Positions 24,911 to 40,913 of a stretch of 64,000 bases of DNA are shown piece by piece. Under the pieces are notes generated by a model that did no database searches, was not told the origin of the DNA, and was given only the letters and a program-made list of their open reading frames with translations. The DNA lies in NCBI RefSeq assembly GCF_001194135.2, contig NC_069003.1, positions 25,565,456 through 25,629,455 of the forward strand. The letters run 5' to 3'. Numbering within the stretch: position 1 is the stretch's first letter; each line of letters opens with the position of its first letter. The translations under genes and the position numbers were made by a program. Source of the DNA: Octopus bimaculoides. Its lineage: Eukaryota.

Positions 24911-27900
24911 GGCTTATGTACATGTGTCAGTTTCTACCTGTATTTGTCTCTTTCATGTGTNNNNNNNNNNNNNNNNNNNNNNNNNNNNNNNNNNNNNNNN
25001 NNNNNNNNNNNNNNNNNNNNNNNNNNNNNNNNNNNNNNNNNNNNNNNNNNNNNNNNNNNNNNNNNNNNNNNNNNNNNNNNNNNNNNNNNNNNNNNNNNNN
25101 NNNNNNNNNNNNNNNNNNNNNNNNNNNACATACAACGGGCTTCTTTCAGTTTCCGTCTACCAAATACACTCACAAGGCTTTGGTCAGCCTGAGGCTATAG
25201 TAGAAGACACCTACCCAAGGTGCCACGCAGTGGGACTGAATCCGGAACCATGTGGTTGGTAGGCAGGCTACTTACCACACAGCCACTCCTGCGCCTTGTT
25301 CGCTATTAGCTGTGAATGTGCATATGTGCTTGTGCTTGATACTATGTATATATCTTAATGTGTCTATGTGTTGTGTTTGTAAGTTTCCTCGTGTATTCTT
25401 CTGTTTGTGTACATACACATCTGTTCTACTGTCTCTCCTTCATGGATGAAAGGGAATTGTATATCAAGACTATTTTATCTAATGTGTCCATCCTCTCATT
25501 TACATAGGTAGTAATTTGAGGGAATTTGGCTGCTATTTCTAACTGGTCGAGTGACCATGTAGTAGCTCCTTCATAAACAAATCATCATCATCATCATCGT
25601 TTAACGTCCGCTTTCCATGCTAGCATGGGTTGGACGATTTGACTGGGGACTGGTGAACCAGATGGCTACACCAGGCTCCAATCTGATTTGGCAGAGTTTC
25701 TACAGCTGGATGCCCTTCCTAACACCAACCACTCTGAGAGTGTAGTGGGTGCTTTTACATACCACCGACACGAGGGCTAGTAAGGCGATACTGGCAATGG
25801 CCACGCTCAAAATGGTGTATTTTATGTGCCACCCGCACAAGAGCCAGTCCAGGGGCACTGGCAACGATCTCGCTCGAAAGTCCTTACACATGCTGCGGGC
25901 ACAAGTGCCAGAAAGGCTACGCTGGGCACAGGTGCCAAAAAATATAAATAAATGAATAAAGAAGCAAAAAGAAAAAAAGCGAAATACAAACCTAAAATTG
26001 GAGAGTTTGTGTTGGGGTCGTTCATCGAAACTAGACACTTCATCATCATTGCCAGAAAAGACAGACAATTTGGGGTCAGTGAGAGCTATGAATTCCTCAA
26101 CCTTAAATATAAGAGGACAAACTGAAATATAGGGGATCAAGATATGGCAGCAAAATTAGACAAAGGATATGGTTCAAGGGTCCACAATCAAATACAGGGT
26201 GTCCCAGAATTAACTATTTCAATGAAATTGGGTAAATTTTAAAAAAAACTAACAGAATTTTATGTTCATTACTTGATTATGATACTAAAATAAATAGCTT
26301 TATAAATCTTACATCAAGACTTTATTGAAAATTTTCAATATGTGCTCCATCTGTACCCTTGCAAATTTCAAATCTGTCCTTAGCCATTGTGCAACACATT
26401 TTAAAGCATTTCAGGAGTTAAGGACTGCACTGCTAACAAAGCATTGGGTTCAGCTAAAGTCAGCTAAACTATTGCTCCACCCTGGAGATGGAGGCAGAGA
26501 AAATGATTGCAGCCAAATAGCAAAAAGCTACTGTGGACAAATAAGTGGAATCCAACAGAAATGATAATAAAATTATAAAAATTATAAAACATACACTTTT
26601 AACACATATTAAACATGATAAACATAAATAAAAGTTGGTTTAAAAAAAAAATTAGTCCAATTTCACTGAAATGGCTAGTTAATTCTGAGACGCCCTATAC
26701 TACGACAAGTGTTTACAGAACACGCACNNNNNNNNNNGGGTATCGCAACATAATAGCACGACTGAGATATGAGGATTATTATTGCTTAATGGTTGTAGGG
26801 GGGCCAACCAATTTTGGGATGAAAGAAATAAAAAAGATAGAAAAGACAAGAGATAAAAACAAAAGAACAGGGAAAACAGAAAGAAAATATAAAAAAAAGA
26901 CAAAGAAAGAAGAAAGAAGAAAAGAGAGAATGAGTCAGAAGGAAATTCAAGAGGAAAGGGAGCATTATAAAATGCTTACTTACGGCATCAGGAGGGTCAC
27001 CATGAAATAACACCAATTCAGGGTCATCTAACAACTGTTTACAGTCCCTGCATTTAATAGGGGTCACCTGTTCTTTGGCTAGTTTGGTATCTGTGTTTCT
27101 TTGAAAGATGGAAAAGATGGAGAAAAAAGATAAGCCTTGTAAACAACAGGCTATCAATTATAATTAACAGTGCTCCCACCAGCTTCCCCAGTTTTGGAAT
27201 GGGTTTTTAGGGGTTATGTAGCTTTCATAGTAAATTTTCATTGATATCTTCCTGGTTATCAGAAATCAGTGACCTTCCAAGGTGCATTTCAACTTTTGGG
27301 AACTAAAAATTCTGCAGTTATCAACAGTAGGGGAATTATTTTGAAGGATACAAATCTAATTAAATTTTATGTAAAGCAATAAATTTGTGTTTTAAAAAGT
27401 TCCGCTCATTTTTGGTCAGACCTAGTATGTTATCTACACTATCATATTCCTACTATTGTGTCTACACTGAAGGTAAGGTTTCCTTCTCAAGCCATACCAA
27501 CTCATAAGGGCCAGTTTCCCGGTTTCCATGGTGTACATATTTCCCACATGGACAGGACACCAGTCCATTGCAGGATAACTCATTTTTGCCAGCTGAGTGG
27601 ACTGGAGCAATGTGGAATGAAATGTTTTGCTGAAGAACACAATGTGTTGCTCGATCCAGAATCGAAACCACAATCTTAAAATCATGAGTCCAACACCCTA
27701 ACTACTAAGCCATGTGCCTCTACCTATCTACACTAACAATAACTGCATATCTGAGCCCTCATTCTCGAGACATCTAAACTCTATTATATCAGCATACAAT
27801 TTCTCTAACAACCAAACACAACCAGAGATAGGATTAACAACAAAAAAACCTCCTTACTGCACTGATGAAGCTTCCTTATTTTCATCATCTTTGTCATTAA

Positions 27901-30900
27901 TCTCAGAGGTCTTTATTTTCTTCTCCTCTTGTTTCACTCCGCTGCTTTCTTCGTCTTCATCAGCTGCTTTACGCTTCTCAGGTCTGATGGAAAGAGAGAT
28001 GGATGGTATACAAAGGGTTGATAAATACATTCAGACACAAAAATATATGAAGGGAAGTACACAGAAATATGAATACACCTTCCCTATCACCATGTCAGCT
28101 ATAAATTATGAAAAGGTTATGCTTGAGCCCAGCACTGCAGGAGTGGCTGTGTGGTAAGTAGCTTGCTTACCAACCACATGGTTCTGGGTTCAGTCCCACT
28201 GCGTGGCACCTTGGGCAAGTGTCTTCTACTATAGCCCCGGGCCGACCAAAGCCTTGTGAGTGGATTTGGTAGAGGGAAATTGAAAGAAGTCCGTCGTATA
28301 TATATATATATATGTATGTATGTGTGTGTGTTTGTGTGTCTGTGTTTGTCCCCCTAGCATTGCTTGACAACCGATGCTGGTGTGTTTATGTCCTCGTCAC
28401 TTAGCGGTTCGGCAAAAGAGACCGATAGAATAAGTACTAGGCTTACAAAGAATAAGTCCCGGGGTCAATTTGCTTGACTAAAGGCGGTGCTCCAGCATGG
28501 CCGCAGTCAAATGACTGAAACAAATAAAAGAATTGCTAATTATAGTGTTCCCACAACTGCCGCCATAGTCCTTATAGCTTTAGAATAAAAAACTAAAAAT
28601 GACTATCGTTTAATATGGCTGTTGACAGATTAACTCCTTAGCATTCAAACCAGCCATGTCCAGCCCAAAATGTCTTTCAAAACATAGGCAATCAACATCA
28701 TTGAAATCTCAAAGCTACAAAGATAATACATCATTAATTCAAATCAATACAAATAAATATATATTGCATTTAACATATTAAATATGTATTACATTTTGAA
28801 TATTAAAGAGTTTAATTTGCTTTTAAGAGAACAAGACAAATCCACTTACATTCTCTCAAACATTGATGTAATGGCTGGTTGAATTCCTGAAGATCTGGTT
28901 CGCTTTGATTTACTTTTCCTACTTTCAGGGGTGGAAGCTGGAAGTAAGAACAATCTTTTTTAGTTTTAATTTACACATCACTTGTTGCTAGAACTGAAGA
29001 ATCTGGTCTTTTATTTCTTTAATCAGAAGAATGCAGCAGCCCATTGTTTTTATATAACCCTTTAGTATTTAAACTGGCCATATCTGGCTCAAATATTCTA
29101 CCTGTTTTATGTTCAAACTGGCCATATTAAGCCTCTTGCACCTATCCTGCAATGTCATTCTAAAAATAAACAAGCGTATCCTCGAAATCTCAACGCTATG
29201 AGATAATGCAGGATTAATTTTATAAAAATGTGAATATTATATTTGATAAAGTAATCTGAAGGGTTAAGGGAATCTTAGATTGATAGAGAATGATCCTTTC
29301 GTCTATAGGTACAAGGCCAGAAATTTGGTGTAGGGAGATAAATCAATTACATTGACCCTAGTACTCAACTGGTACTTATTTTATCAATTCCAAAAGGATG
29401 AAAGGCAAAGTCAACCTCAGCAGAATTTGAACTATAGATAGAGAATAATGACTGGTTAGAGAAATAATATTAATTATTGTAATTGTTAATCCCTGTAAGC
29501 ATGTATAAAATATAATCATAATGCATATTTATATGTGTGTATATAATATATACATCATCGTCATTATTTAACATCCATTTTCCATATTGGCATGAGTTAG
29601 ATAGTCTGACAGGAGCTTGGCAAAGCTGGGAGCCACACCAAGCTCCATTGTCAGCTTTGGCATGGTTTCTGCAGCTAGATGCCCTTCCTAACACACTCCT
29701 AACATAATCAGAAGGCAGCAGCCCATGGTTTTTATTTAAGTGAATCTTAGAATGTAGATAGAAAATAATCCTTTCTACTATAGACACAAGGCTTGAAATT
29801 TGGGGGAGGGCATAGTCAATTACATCGATCCCAGTACTCCATGGGTACTTACTTTAATTTTATTGACCCCAAAAGGATGAAAGGCAGAATTTGAACACAA
29901 AACATAAGGATGGACAAAATCCTGCTAAGCATTTTGCCAGCTTGCTGCCTTGTAGGTAGAAAATAACGACTGTGGTTAGTGAAATTAATATTGATTATTG
30001 AGCCTTGTATGTATATATGAAGTATGTTCATAATGCATGTTTACATGTGTGTATGTAACATATACTTCATTATCATCATCATTTAATATTTGTTTTCCAT
30101 GCTGACATAGGTTGGACGGTTTGACAAGAGCTGGCAAGTTTGGGAGCCATATCAGGCTCCATTGTCTGTTTTGGCATGGTTCCTACAGCTGGATGCCTTT
30201 CCTAACACCAACATACAAGTATATACAATGTATAGGGGTGTGTATTATGTATACATGTGTGTATAATGTATTCATGTAATAGAAGTATTTCATGAATGCA
30301 TGTAAAATGAATGTTTACTTCATGAATATATGTGCATAACATACCTGTGAGGAATGTCTACACTATGCAAGAAATAGAAGCAAAACAACCCTCAAATCAA
30401 GTCTTAATATCTCAAAAAGGACAGAGACATTGCATGCTGTAGTTCTACATAAACTATGTCTGAATAAAAGACAGAGTGGTCATGACTGGAACACCTTTGA
30501 TTACAGTTCAGTTTTGTTATTAGAGTTAACTTGAATTAAACTACAACAAACCACTGAAGAAGTTCCTATATGGTTACTTGACCTGCTAGAAATAACAGCC
30601 ATCTTCCTCAAATCACATTATTTTAAAGAATATGCTGAATGAAGTAGTCATAGCTACTGTCTAGAAGGGAAAAAAAACAGGATGGTCACATATGGAATAT
30701 TAGATCTACTCATATCTTTGATCAATACCTCTGATTGTAGCTCTCATCAATACCTTTGAGATCATAGCTCTCGTCAATATGATCATATGCTTCTCTAAGG
30801 TGGTCAACTGGCAGACAAAATGCTTAAAGGCATTTTGTCCAACATTACGTTTCTGAGTTCAAATGCTCCTGTGATCAACTTTGCCTTTCATCCTTTCATG

Positions 30901-33900
30901 GTCAATAAAATAAGTACCAGCTGAACACTGGGGTCGACATAATCAACTCATCTCCTCTCCCTCAAACTTGCTGGCATTGTGCCAATATTTGAAACCAACA
31001 TGATCATATGTTTCTACTCAATAATCTTTGGTCACTGATTTACTCAATCAAGCCTGACCTGGGAATTGAACTACAGCAATAAGCAAAAAGGTGACCAAGT
31101 GAAAACCTGACATTAATGTAGTTGAATTCTCTCCTGAATTAAAACAAGAAATATTTTGCTGCAAGTCACATAATTAAATATATAAAGAACCAATAGATCA
31201 ACTTACGAGGATTTTTATCATTTCCTGTTGGTTCAGACGATGGAACTGCTTCTGGAAATTTTACACCATCTTCTGTGGAATGACCATTCTGAAAGACAAA
31301 ACCAAAAGTTGTATTGCTTATGACTATATCTACATATCTTCTGCATTTGTTTACATAATCAGTCTGTTTTGGCTTGGTTTCTATGGCTGGATACCCTTCC
31401 TAACACCAACCCCTCCAGTGTACTGGGTGTCTTTTACATGTCACTGACATGGGTGCCTTTTACGTGCCACTCACATGGGTTCCTTGTACACGTCACCAGC
31501 CCGGTTTCCCTGTATGCGTCACTGGTATGGGTGCCCTGTACACGTCACTGGCATGGGTGCACTGTACGTGTCACTGGAACAGATGCCTTGTACACATCAC
31601 TAGCAGAGGTGCCTTGTATGCATCACCAGCACTGACCACAACCACGACTTCACTTAGCTTCTAGCGTCTTATCAAGCACAACAAATCCCCAGAAGTCTCA
31701 ACCACTTGTCATTTTCATTACCAAATCCATTCACAAGGCTTTAGTCAGTGCAGGGCTTTAGTAGAAGACACTTGCCCAAGGAACCATGCAGGAGGACTGA
31801 ACCTGAAACGATGTGGTCGAGAAGTTTATTTCTCAACTACACAACCAGACCTGCACTTATATGTATAAAAAACATTCACACAGAAGTACAACACACACAA
31901 TTACTTACTGTAAAATTCAAACCATTTTCTACACCATTCTCATTTCTTCCATTTGAGCTCTGACCATTTCGTCTGGTTGTAGGTGGAGAAGATTGGACGT
32001 TGTTAGTAATAGCATCAGTGGCTACAGAGGTAGATTCTTTCTTCTCACAGTTATGTTCCTTCTCATCCATTTTACCCATCTTGGACGGTGACAGTCCAGG
32101 CTCCACTTCTTCATCATTTTCAGCGCTATCATTAATGCCATTTTTATTTTCTACTGAACGTTTGGACGCTGGCGTTGTGTCATCTTTGGTAACTACCTCA
32201 GGCTTAACAAGAACTGGCTTCAGCGATGGTACCTTGGGTAGCGTGTTAGACACCAGGGGTTGTAGAATGTCTTCCATCTTTTTGCAGAAACCTTTCTGGA
32301 GAGAGAGAGAGAAAATATAAGAAGAGGGGAAAGAGAACTGAGAAAAAAAAATTGGAAATTTGACCAAACAGAATATNNNNNNNNNNAGAGAAAATATAAG
32401 AAGAGGGGAAAGAGAACTGAGAAAAAAAAATTGGAAATTTGACCAAACAGAATATTGAACAGTTTCACACAAATCATCTCTGCTTGATTTTACTGTGGTA
32501 GCCAGTGGCTCATCTATTGTCACACTAGTATGTTTTATAATCAGCCTCTCCTCCCAGTTATGAGCAGACCCAATTAACCTACCTACATGCTACCCTAACA
32601 CAATTACTGCAAGAATTCCAATGAACTTTTCCTCTTCATATATCTAACCCCCCCCCCAAAAAAAAAGAGAGGGAAATCAACAGGCGGGTTAGTAAGATGA
32701 CCCAAACTTAAAAAAGAGAATTTTTTTTTAAATGTTTATATTTTTATATATATTTTCACATTCATTATAACATCCATTAATTACCCATTCAATAGATCAC
32801 TCGTAAAAGGTTGAAGACCACATATATGTTTTTGTCTGTCCTTGTTTGTCCCCTCTATGTATCCTGTTATTAGGAATAAAAAGAAAATCTTCATATATCT
32901 ACCCCCTACCACCATCACACACTCTCATCAGCATCTGCTCTCCATGCTGGCATGGGTTGGATAGTTTAGATGACTGCACCAGGCTTCAGTGTGTTTTGGC
33001 ATGGCTTTTACAGCTGTATGCCCTTCTTAACACCAAGCTCCCTACAGACTGGACTATAACACTCACTGATCATAAAACTATTGATCATAAATCATAAACC
33101 ACTGATCAATATCACTGAAAGAATTTATTGTTTTATTTTTTTAGGTTTTTTTTACACCACTGCCATTCCATTGATGTGTGAAACACAATGGGGCTACCAT
33201 GTTGCATCTGTCACCATACTGAGGCCCTGAACAACATACATAATTCAGCCTGCTCCAGTTTACTTGACTGAGTAAAATAAAAGCACAAAACAGACATCAC
33301 TCAATCTTACATGCTTGAGAGACTTTAGAAGAAGCAACCATCCGGAAAAATTAGTCCAACAATAACTGCAGCTGACCCATCCATGCATGAAAAAATTGCT
33401 GTAAAACAGGTTTTAAAAAAAAAAAAAGAATAAAGAAACCCCAGAAACATATCTACATATACTGGAACTTAAATTTTATAAGTATTTTAGTAATTGAGAG
33501 ATCTCTGCTCCTGGATAGGATGCTAGTCTATCAAACACTTTGCTTATGGGAGAAAGGAATAAACACAGCACTGCAGCCTAAACCCTTGTTCCTGCAAATA
33601 CTATTTACATTGGTTGATGACCTGTATTCAACTATACTACTGAATCACAAATAGGTAGACTTGGTCAAATAATAATAAGCATTTTTTCTTTATTCACCAC
33701 TGAGGGTTTATATAAAAGATTGGAGACAGCACAGGACAAAACAACACAAAAAGAACGGGATTTAACTGTATAAAATGATAATAACAATAATAAATAAATC
33801 CCCAAAAGAGCTTTTTGCTCAATGACTTGCACAAATGATTTGTTAATAGTATTCAAATGTATGTGCTACACAATAGCTCACTCTCTACATCAAATCGATG

Positions 33901-34272
33901 TTGCATGAACAGGTGCACAAAGAACCACATGTCAGGTGTTGAAGTAATCACAGAGCAACACAAGATGAAATGTTTTGCTCAAGAACACAATGTGCCACCC
34001 AGTCTAGGAACTGAAACCATGATCTCACAACTCTGAGTGCAACACCCTAACCACTAGGCCATATGACCTATATAATAATAATAATAATAGTAATGATTTC
34101 TTTTATTGGCCACAAGGGCTTATGACATGAAGGACAATATCAAAGGAGGAGTTATGGCACATAAAAACAAAACCAAAATAAAAAACTAAAAACAGGTAGG
34201 GGTTTACATCGATCGAAGGGAGTCACTACCACATTAAAAGATATAACAAAGGATATATAATAGAAATAAATA

Positions 34273-34305
<33 letters not shown>

Positions 34306-34914
34306 CCTTTCTGCTATGGGCACAAGGCCTGAAATTTGGGAGGAGCAGGATAGTTGATTACATCAACTCTAGTACTTGACTGGTACTTAATTTATCAACC
34401 CCGAAAGGACAAAAGGCAAAGTCATCCCCAGCAGAATTTGAACTAAGAATGTAAAGACAAACTGCTGCTAAGCATTTTGCCCAGTGTGCTAATGGTTATT
34501 ATTATTATTATTCGAACTGGCCCTTGTGCCGGTGGTATGTAAATAGCACCTACTACACTCTCGGAGTGGTTGGCATTAGGAAGGGTATCCAGCTGTAGAA
34601 ACTCTGCCAGATCAGATTGGAGTCTGGTGTAGCCATCCGCTTCGCCAGTCTCCAGTCAAATCGTCCAGCCCATGCTAGCATGGAAAGCGGACGTTAAATG
34701 ATGATGATTATTATTATTATTATCATTATTGATCAAATTCCACCCAGGTCAACTTTGCCTTTCATCCTTTCAAGGTCGATAAAAAAAAGTACCAGTGACT
34801 CATCGGGAACGATGTGATCAACTTACTCGCTCTCCACAAATTTCAGGCCTTGTGCCTATAGTAGAAAGGATTATTATTATCATGATATTAATAAAGTTGG
34901 TATTAGTAGTGGTA

Positions 34915-34958
<44 letters not shown>

Positions 34959-37900
34959 CACCATCATCAGTGACATTATCTCTGCTCTAAAATACAAATG
35001 GGATTGTCAAAGCTGGGATACCTTTCATTATAGGTCTGTTGGATCACAGCTGACCTGGGGTCAAACACCATCACCAATAACAACATCAAGCTTCTATGCA
35101 GTTGCTTGGTCAGCTAGTAAAGGCGCACAGCTCAGTGGTTAGAATATTCAGCTTACAATTTTTAAGGCTGTGAGTTCGAAAACCAGAGGCATGTTGTGTC
35201 CTTGAGCAAGGTACTTTATTTCACATTGCTCCAGTCCACTCAGCTGGCGAAAATGAGTAGTACCTGTAATTCAAAGGGGCCAGCCTTGTCAAATTCTACA
35301 TCATGCTGAGTATCCCTGAAAACAGCTGGACACCTTCTTTGTCGTAACCGACAGAATGTCAGTTTTAATGTAGTTGCTTGGTTAGCTAGAAATACAAGTC
35401 AAATCTTCCACAAATAACACTCTACCCTCTATACCCTTTATACAGTTAAATCCCGTTCTTTTTGTGTTGTTTTGTCCTGTGCTGTCTCCAATCTTTTATA
35501 TAAACCCACAGTTCTAAATACATTGACTGGAAAAAAATAATAATGGATTGTTATAGTATCGGGGATGATATGGGGCTGAACAACAGCAGTAACAACAACA
35601 CCCATGTGATCTGCTAGAAATGGCAGCCAAACCTTCATCAAATGATAAAATATATTCTCAAATAAAGAAAAGACTCATTGGATAATGTTAGTCCTAGACA
35701 CACCACTAAACTGACAGAATGGGCATGGCTGGAACGCCTATGGTTAATCAGGACTTATCTGAAACTAAACAACATCAATCAAGATTGACCTGGGACTAAA
35801 ACCCAACATCATTCAATCAATCAATCGATCAATACTTACAATGGTCAATAATTCTTCTCCCAATTCCGTCTCCAAGGTTTGGATCTGGTCCTTCGCTGCT
35901 CCAGTGAGAACATGGCTGAACTTCTCACAGAGTTGGTTCCAGTAATCCTGAAAATGGAACAGACACAAGAAACACATTGAACTCGGAACATTAAAGACGG
36001 ATGAAATGCTGCTTAGCATATGGATAAGGTGGTTGTGTCTTGGATGCTGATCATACTGGAGCACCACCTTGAAAGGTTTTAGTTGACTAGATGGACCTTC
36101 AGGGCTTTTATACTCACTTTATTTATCAAATGGCTAAGTTTACCTGATCAGTTACATCATTTTAGTGAGTTACTTCATCTTTAAGCGATGTAAAAAACTG
36201 TTAAATATGGAAGTAGTGCATAGCTTGTTAGTAATAACAGGAATGAAGGATGTTACTCCCAGACTATAACAGCACTAGGGATTTTACTAAAGCCCACCAA
36301 GAGCCAGATGGTGGTATTAAACTGGGTGAAATCTACCACCCAACAACAAGAATAGTTACCCTGATGGGCTTTCCAAATAATTTTTGTCAATAAAATTTCA
36401 CAGGTGAGAGTCAGTGTAGTAATAGTATGCCCATCGTTGCTTAACTCCAGGATAGCCTTGATCCAACAGACCAAAGATCAAAAGCATACCAACTATGATC
36501 ATGATCATCATCATTTACTGTTTGTTTTTCCATGCTGGCATGGGTAAGACAGTTTGACTGGAACTGATAAGCCAGAGAGCTGCACCAGGCCCCAGTCTGC
36601 TTTGGCTTGGTTGCTACAGCTCAATGCCCTTCCTAATGTTAGCCATTCCACAGAATGTACTGGGTGTCTTTTAAGTGTCCCAGCACAGGTGCCTGGACTA
36701 AAAAGGACCCCCATTGCTCATGAATGACCGTGGAATTGCATCTAGAAAGTTCCCCTCCGAGGCACAAGTCCGGGCAAGGTTGTATCATCTGATTTATGTT
36801 TATGGAAGGACAGCAGTTGCCCATGCATACTGCACCACCAATGTTATCCAAGGAAAAAGGCAAAGATCGGTAATGCTCAACACCAGTGATGTCACAACTT
36901 ATTTCTACAGCTGAGTGAACGGGAGCAATGTGAAAAAAAGTGTCTTGCTCAAGAACACAACAAACAGCCCAGTCCAGGAATCAAACTCACTACCCCATGT
37001 GAGCCCAACACTCTAACCACTGAGCATGCCTGGACTACATTAACTAATATGCCCATATGTTTTGCCAGCAGGAACCAAATGACCATGAAGGGGTTTGGTC
37101 CCTAATAAATGTGTTTAAAACCCTATAAATAATGTGAAGAGAAGGTCGCATGGGTTGACATGCTTTGTAACCATGAATTATGCTTCACCCTAGGCCAACA
37201 CTTTGGTTCTACAGACCTGTAGATCAGATGATGCAACTTTACAAAATTTGAACATAACATGTTACAATGGTGGGGTAGAATGCAGCATATTTTTTTTTAT
37301 TGTTTAATCAGGAGAGAAGGGCTTTGTGAGAAAGAGACCAGAAATCTGTCCTAAATGCTTGCAACAAAATGAATTCAGCTAAAGGTGTCAAGGGCTGGGT
37401 GGAAGGGTATCAAGGATGGGTGATGGATAGACTTAATCCATCATTAAGTTGGGCAATGGATTAAGACAAGGAAGCCAGGATTGGATTTCCAGGAGACAGA
37501 CCCAATAAAATACAAGGTATACAGTCCAACAACGACCAGTGTCGCCGGTTAGCACTTTATCAACTCCCAAAGGATGAAAGGTAAAGTTGACCTTTGGTCG
37601 GATCTTAACTCTAAAAGGATTTGGAATAAATACCACAAGGCCATTTTGTCCCATACTTAATGACTCTGCTAAAGTTACTGTCAAGTGATTTAGAGTTGGG
37701 GGTAAAGCAACAAAAACAATAAAAAAGACTAAATGCAAACACAAAAAAGAAATATACAGTAATCCCTCATCATATTGTGGTTCACCTATCACAGTTTATT
37801 ATTTAAGCTTATGTCAAATTCCTCTGTGGTGTTGCTTTGCATTTATAATAAAATAAGTATATACAAATTATAAAAATAATATAAAATAACATACAGTACA

Positions 37901-40849
37901 GTACTGTTTCTACTTTGCGGATTTTCACCTATCGCAGGGCTTTTTGGAATGTAACACCCACGATAGTCAAGGGATTACTGTATATCAAATAAACATAAAA
38001 ATGGTCTCACCACTTCTGTGATGTCTCCAGTCTGGAATTTGTTCTGAAGATCTTTTACACTAGAGAAGAACAAGAAACGAAAGTTGGTTAGTTCACATAA
38101 TTCTGTAAGAAGCACAGGACCAGTTTCCCAGGTATATATATATTCCTCCCTAGACAAGATGCTGGTCCATTGCAGGATTACTCATTTTTACCAGCTGAGT
38201 GGACTGGAGGAGTATGGAATGAAGTGTTTTGCTCAAGAATACAACACCTCACCAGGCCCAGGAATTAGAACGACAACCTTACAATCAGGATTCCAACACC
38301 CTAACCACTAAACCATGTGCCTCCACATGCATCGGAATGTTCTGTGTAAACCAGAGCAAAGTACAAGCTGGCCCTACTGCCTGGTGAGATTCAAGAAATG
38401 ATAGAACGAACTGACATAAATGTGTTTTATGTGTGGGAGAAAAAGAGAGGTTATGATAAAAGGTGAGACTCCTCAGTTAATACATTCATCACCAAGAAAG
38501 AAGAATTGGTTATGTCCCAAGGGTATTTCTAAATTATTGAAATCAATTTTTAAATTAGTCAAAGAAAATGAGAATAAGTAAAGTGAAATACTGTTAAAGT
38601 AATTTTCATCATCATCATTGTATTAATGTATATTCCTTCAAGCTTGCATAGATCAGATGGAATTCAACTAGGCAAATTTTCCGGAAGCTGGGTGCTCTTG
38701 CTATCACCCACCCTCACCTGTTTCCAAGCAAGGTAATACACTATTTTGAGTGTGGCCGTTGCCAGTACCGCCTGACTGGCCGTCGTGCTGGTCGCACGTA
38801 AAAGCACCCACTACACTCTCAGAGTGGTTGGCGTTAGGAAGGGCATCCAGCTGTAGAAACTCTGCCAAATCAGATTGGAGCCTGGTGTAGCCATCTGGTT
38901 CACCAGTCCTCAGTCAAATCGTCCAACCCATGCTAGCATGGAAAGCGGACGTTAAATGACAATGATGAATGAACATGATTTCAAGAAAAATTGGGAACAA
39001 ATGACACTGCATGTATAATGGTGACACTTGTTTACAACTATCATGTGATGTCAAAACAAGGCAACACACACGTGTATGTATATATATATATATACATCTT
39101 AGGTCGAATCAAAAGTTGTTTTCAGATTTTCACTGACAATTTTTGGTACCTTGTATCTTATATTAATTTGATACAACTTGAGGTCTAATCATTGCTGAAT
39201 TGTTTATTATTTTACAGCTATGATAATGAGTGATGAAAAAAATTTCCAATTAGAGCCTCTTTACGCTACCTGTGGAAAAAAGGACAGTGCCAGAGCAGCA
39301 GCAAAAGAAATTAATAATGTGGAAGGCTCAAGAACTGTTAATGAATGTGTAGAATAAAACCAGCATTGGTTAATTGAAGACACATACAGTATAACCATGC
39401 CCCAGCATACATTGCTAATGCGACCAGGTGCAAACTTGAGAAAGCGGGAGTGCTGCCTTACCCTGGATACAGTCCAGACCTTGCACTATCAGATTACCTT
39501 TTCCGAGCCAACAATGTGGATGAGGTTGAAAATAGGTGTAGGGAATTTTTTGCCTCTAAACCAGCCAAGTGGTATAAGTGTGGAATTGAGCTTTTTGGTA
39601 CAATAGTAACAGACAACAGAATTTGATGGGATATATGTTGCTGAATAAAGAATAAATACTTTTCATATGTAATTTGTCTCGACTATTAATTAAAGTTTTA
39701 AATATTAAAAAAAAACTTTTGACTCAACCCAGTATATATTTATTTATTTATTTATTTATTACTGAAGACTTAACCTGTCTGGTACAGTTGTACACAGTAC
39801 CCAAAGTCTGCTATAAAGTGGTTGGTGATGGGAAGGTTATCCAGCTGTAGAATCCCAATAAGAAATGCTTTGAATATTGTGATGACCTGTCCAACCCATA
39901 GCAGCATGGAAAGTGGATATAAAAATGATGATGATGATATATGGAAGGTTATTGATGTGTCTGAAGGATAAGTTAGAGAATGGAAATGTCAAGTAACTCA
40001 AGAAAAAGGAATAAGTGATGAAGTTTGATTTCAGAATGATGGATCTCACAATGAGCATCTTGAACAACAGTAACAAGTGAGGAGACATTCAAATATTGGT
40101 TTCAAATTTTGGCACAAGGCCAGCAGTTTCAGTGGAGAGGATAAGATGACTAGATCGACCCTCAGTGCTCAACTGGTACTTATTTTATCAACCCCAAATG
40201 GATGAAAGCCAAAGTCGACCTCAGTGGAATTCGTGCTCAGAACACGAAGACAGACGAAATACCGCTAAGCATTTTGCCCGGTATGCTAACGATTCTACCA
40301 GAAAGGGATCAACTAGAATATTCAACGTCGTAACCAACGGAGTGCTAGTTATTATCAATAGAGAACTGGATGTATATACTCAGGGCTAAGACGCCAGGTA
40401 ATGATGAAACTGATAGCAATACCATGTAGATATGAACACTGTAATGTGTATAAAATCGAATCAATCGTATATTTGAATAAAGACTATATTAACGATATAT
40501 ATACGGAGCGGGCGTAGTAAGAAGTTCTGGGTTCAGTCCCAACGTGTGGCACCTTCAGCAAATGTCTTCTACTATAGCTTCAGGCAGACCGGAACCTTTT
40601 GAATGGACTTGGTAGATGGAAACTGAAAGCTCATTGTATAATGTGTAACTTCGTGCTCCACCATCGCTTTACAACCGGTGTTAGTGTGTTTATGTCCCCG
40701 AAACTTAGTGGTTCGGTATAACGGACCGATATAATAAGTACCAGGCTTTAAAGAAATAGTCGATTCGTTCGATTAAATCCTTGAATGGCGATGACGCTGA
40801 ATGGCCAAAGTCTAATGATTGAAAGTAAAAGATAAAAGCTATATATGTA

Positions 40850-40913
<64 letters not shown>

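Noticed and set aside
31439-31632. CRISPR-like regular repeats
   Set aside because: Contiguous degenerate tandem units without spacers, eukaryotic context, no cas genes.
32308-32455. ~69-bp direct repeat at the DNMT1 exon 4 acceptor region
   Set aside because: Identical copies flank a 10-N gap; typical unmerged contig overlap, so an assembly artefact.
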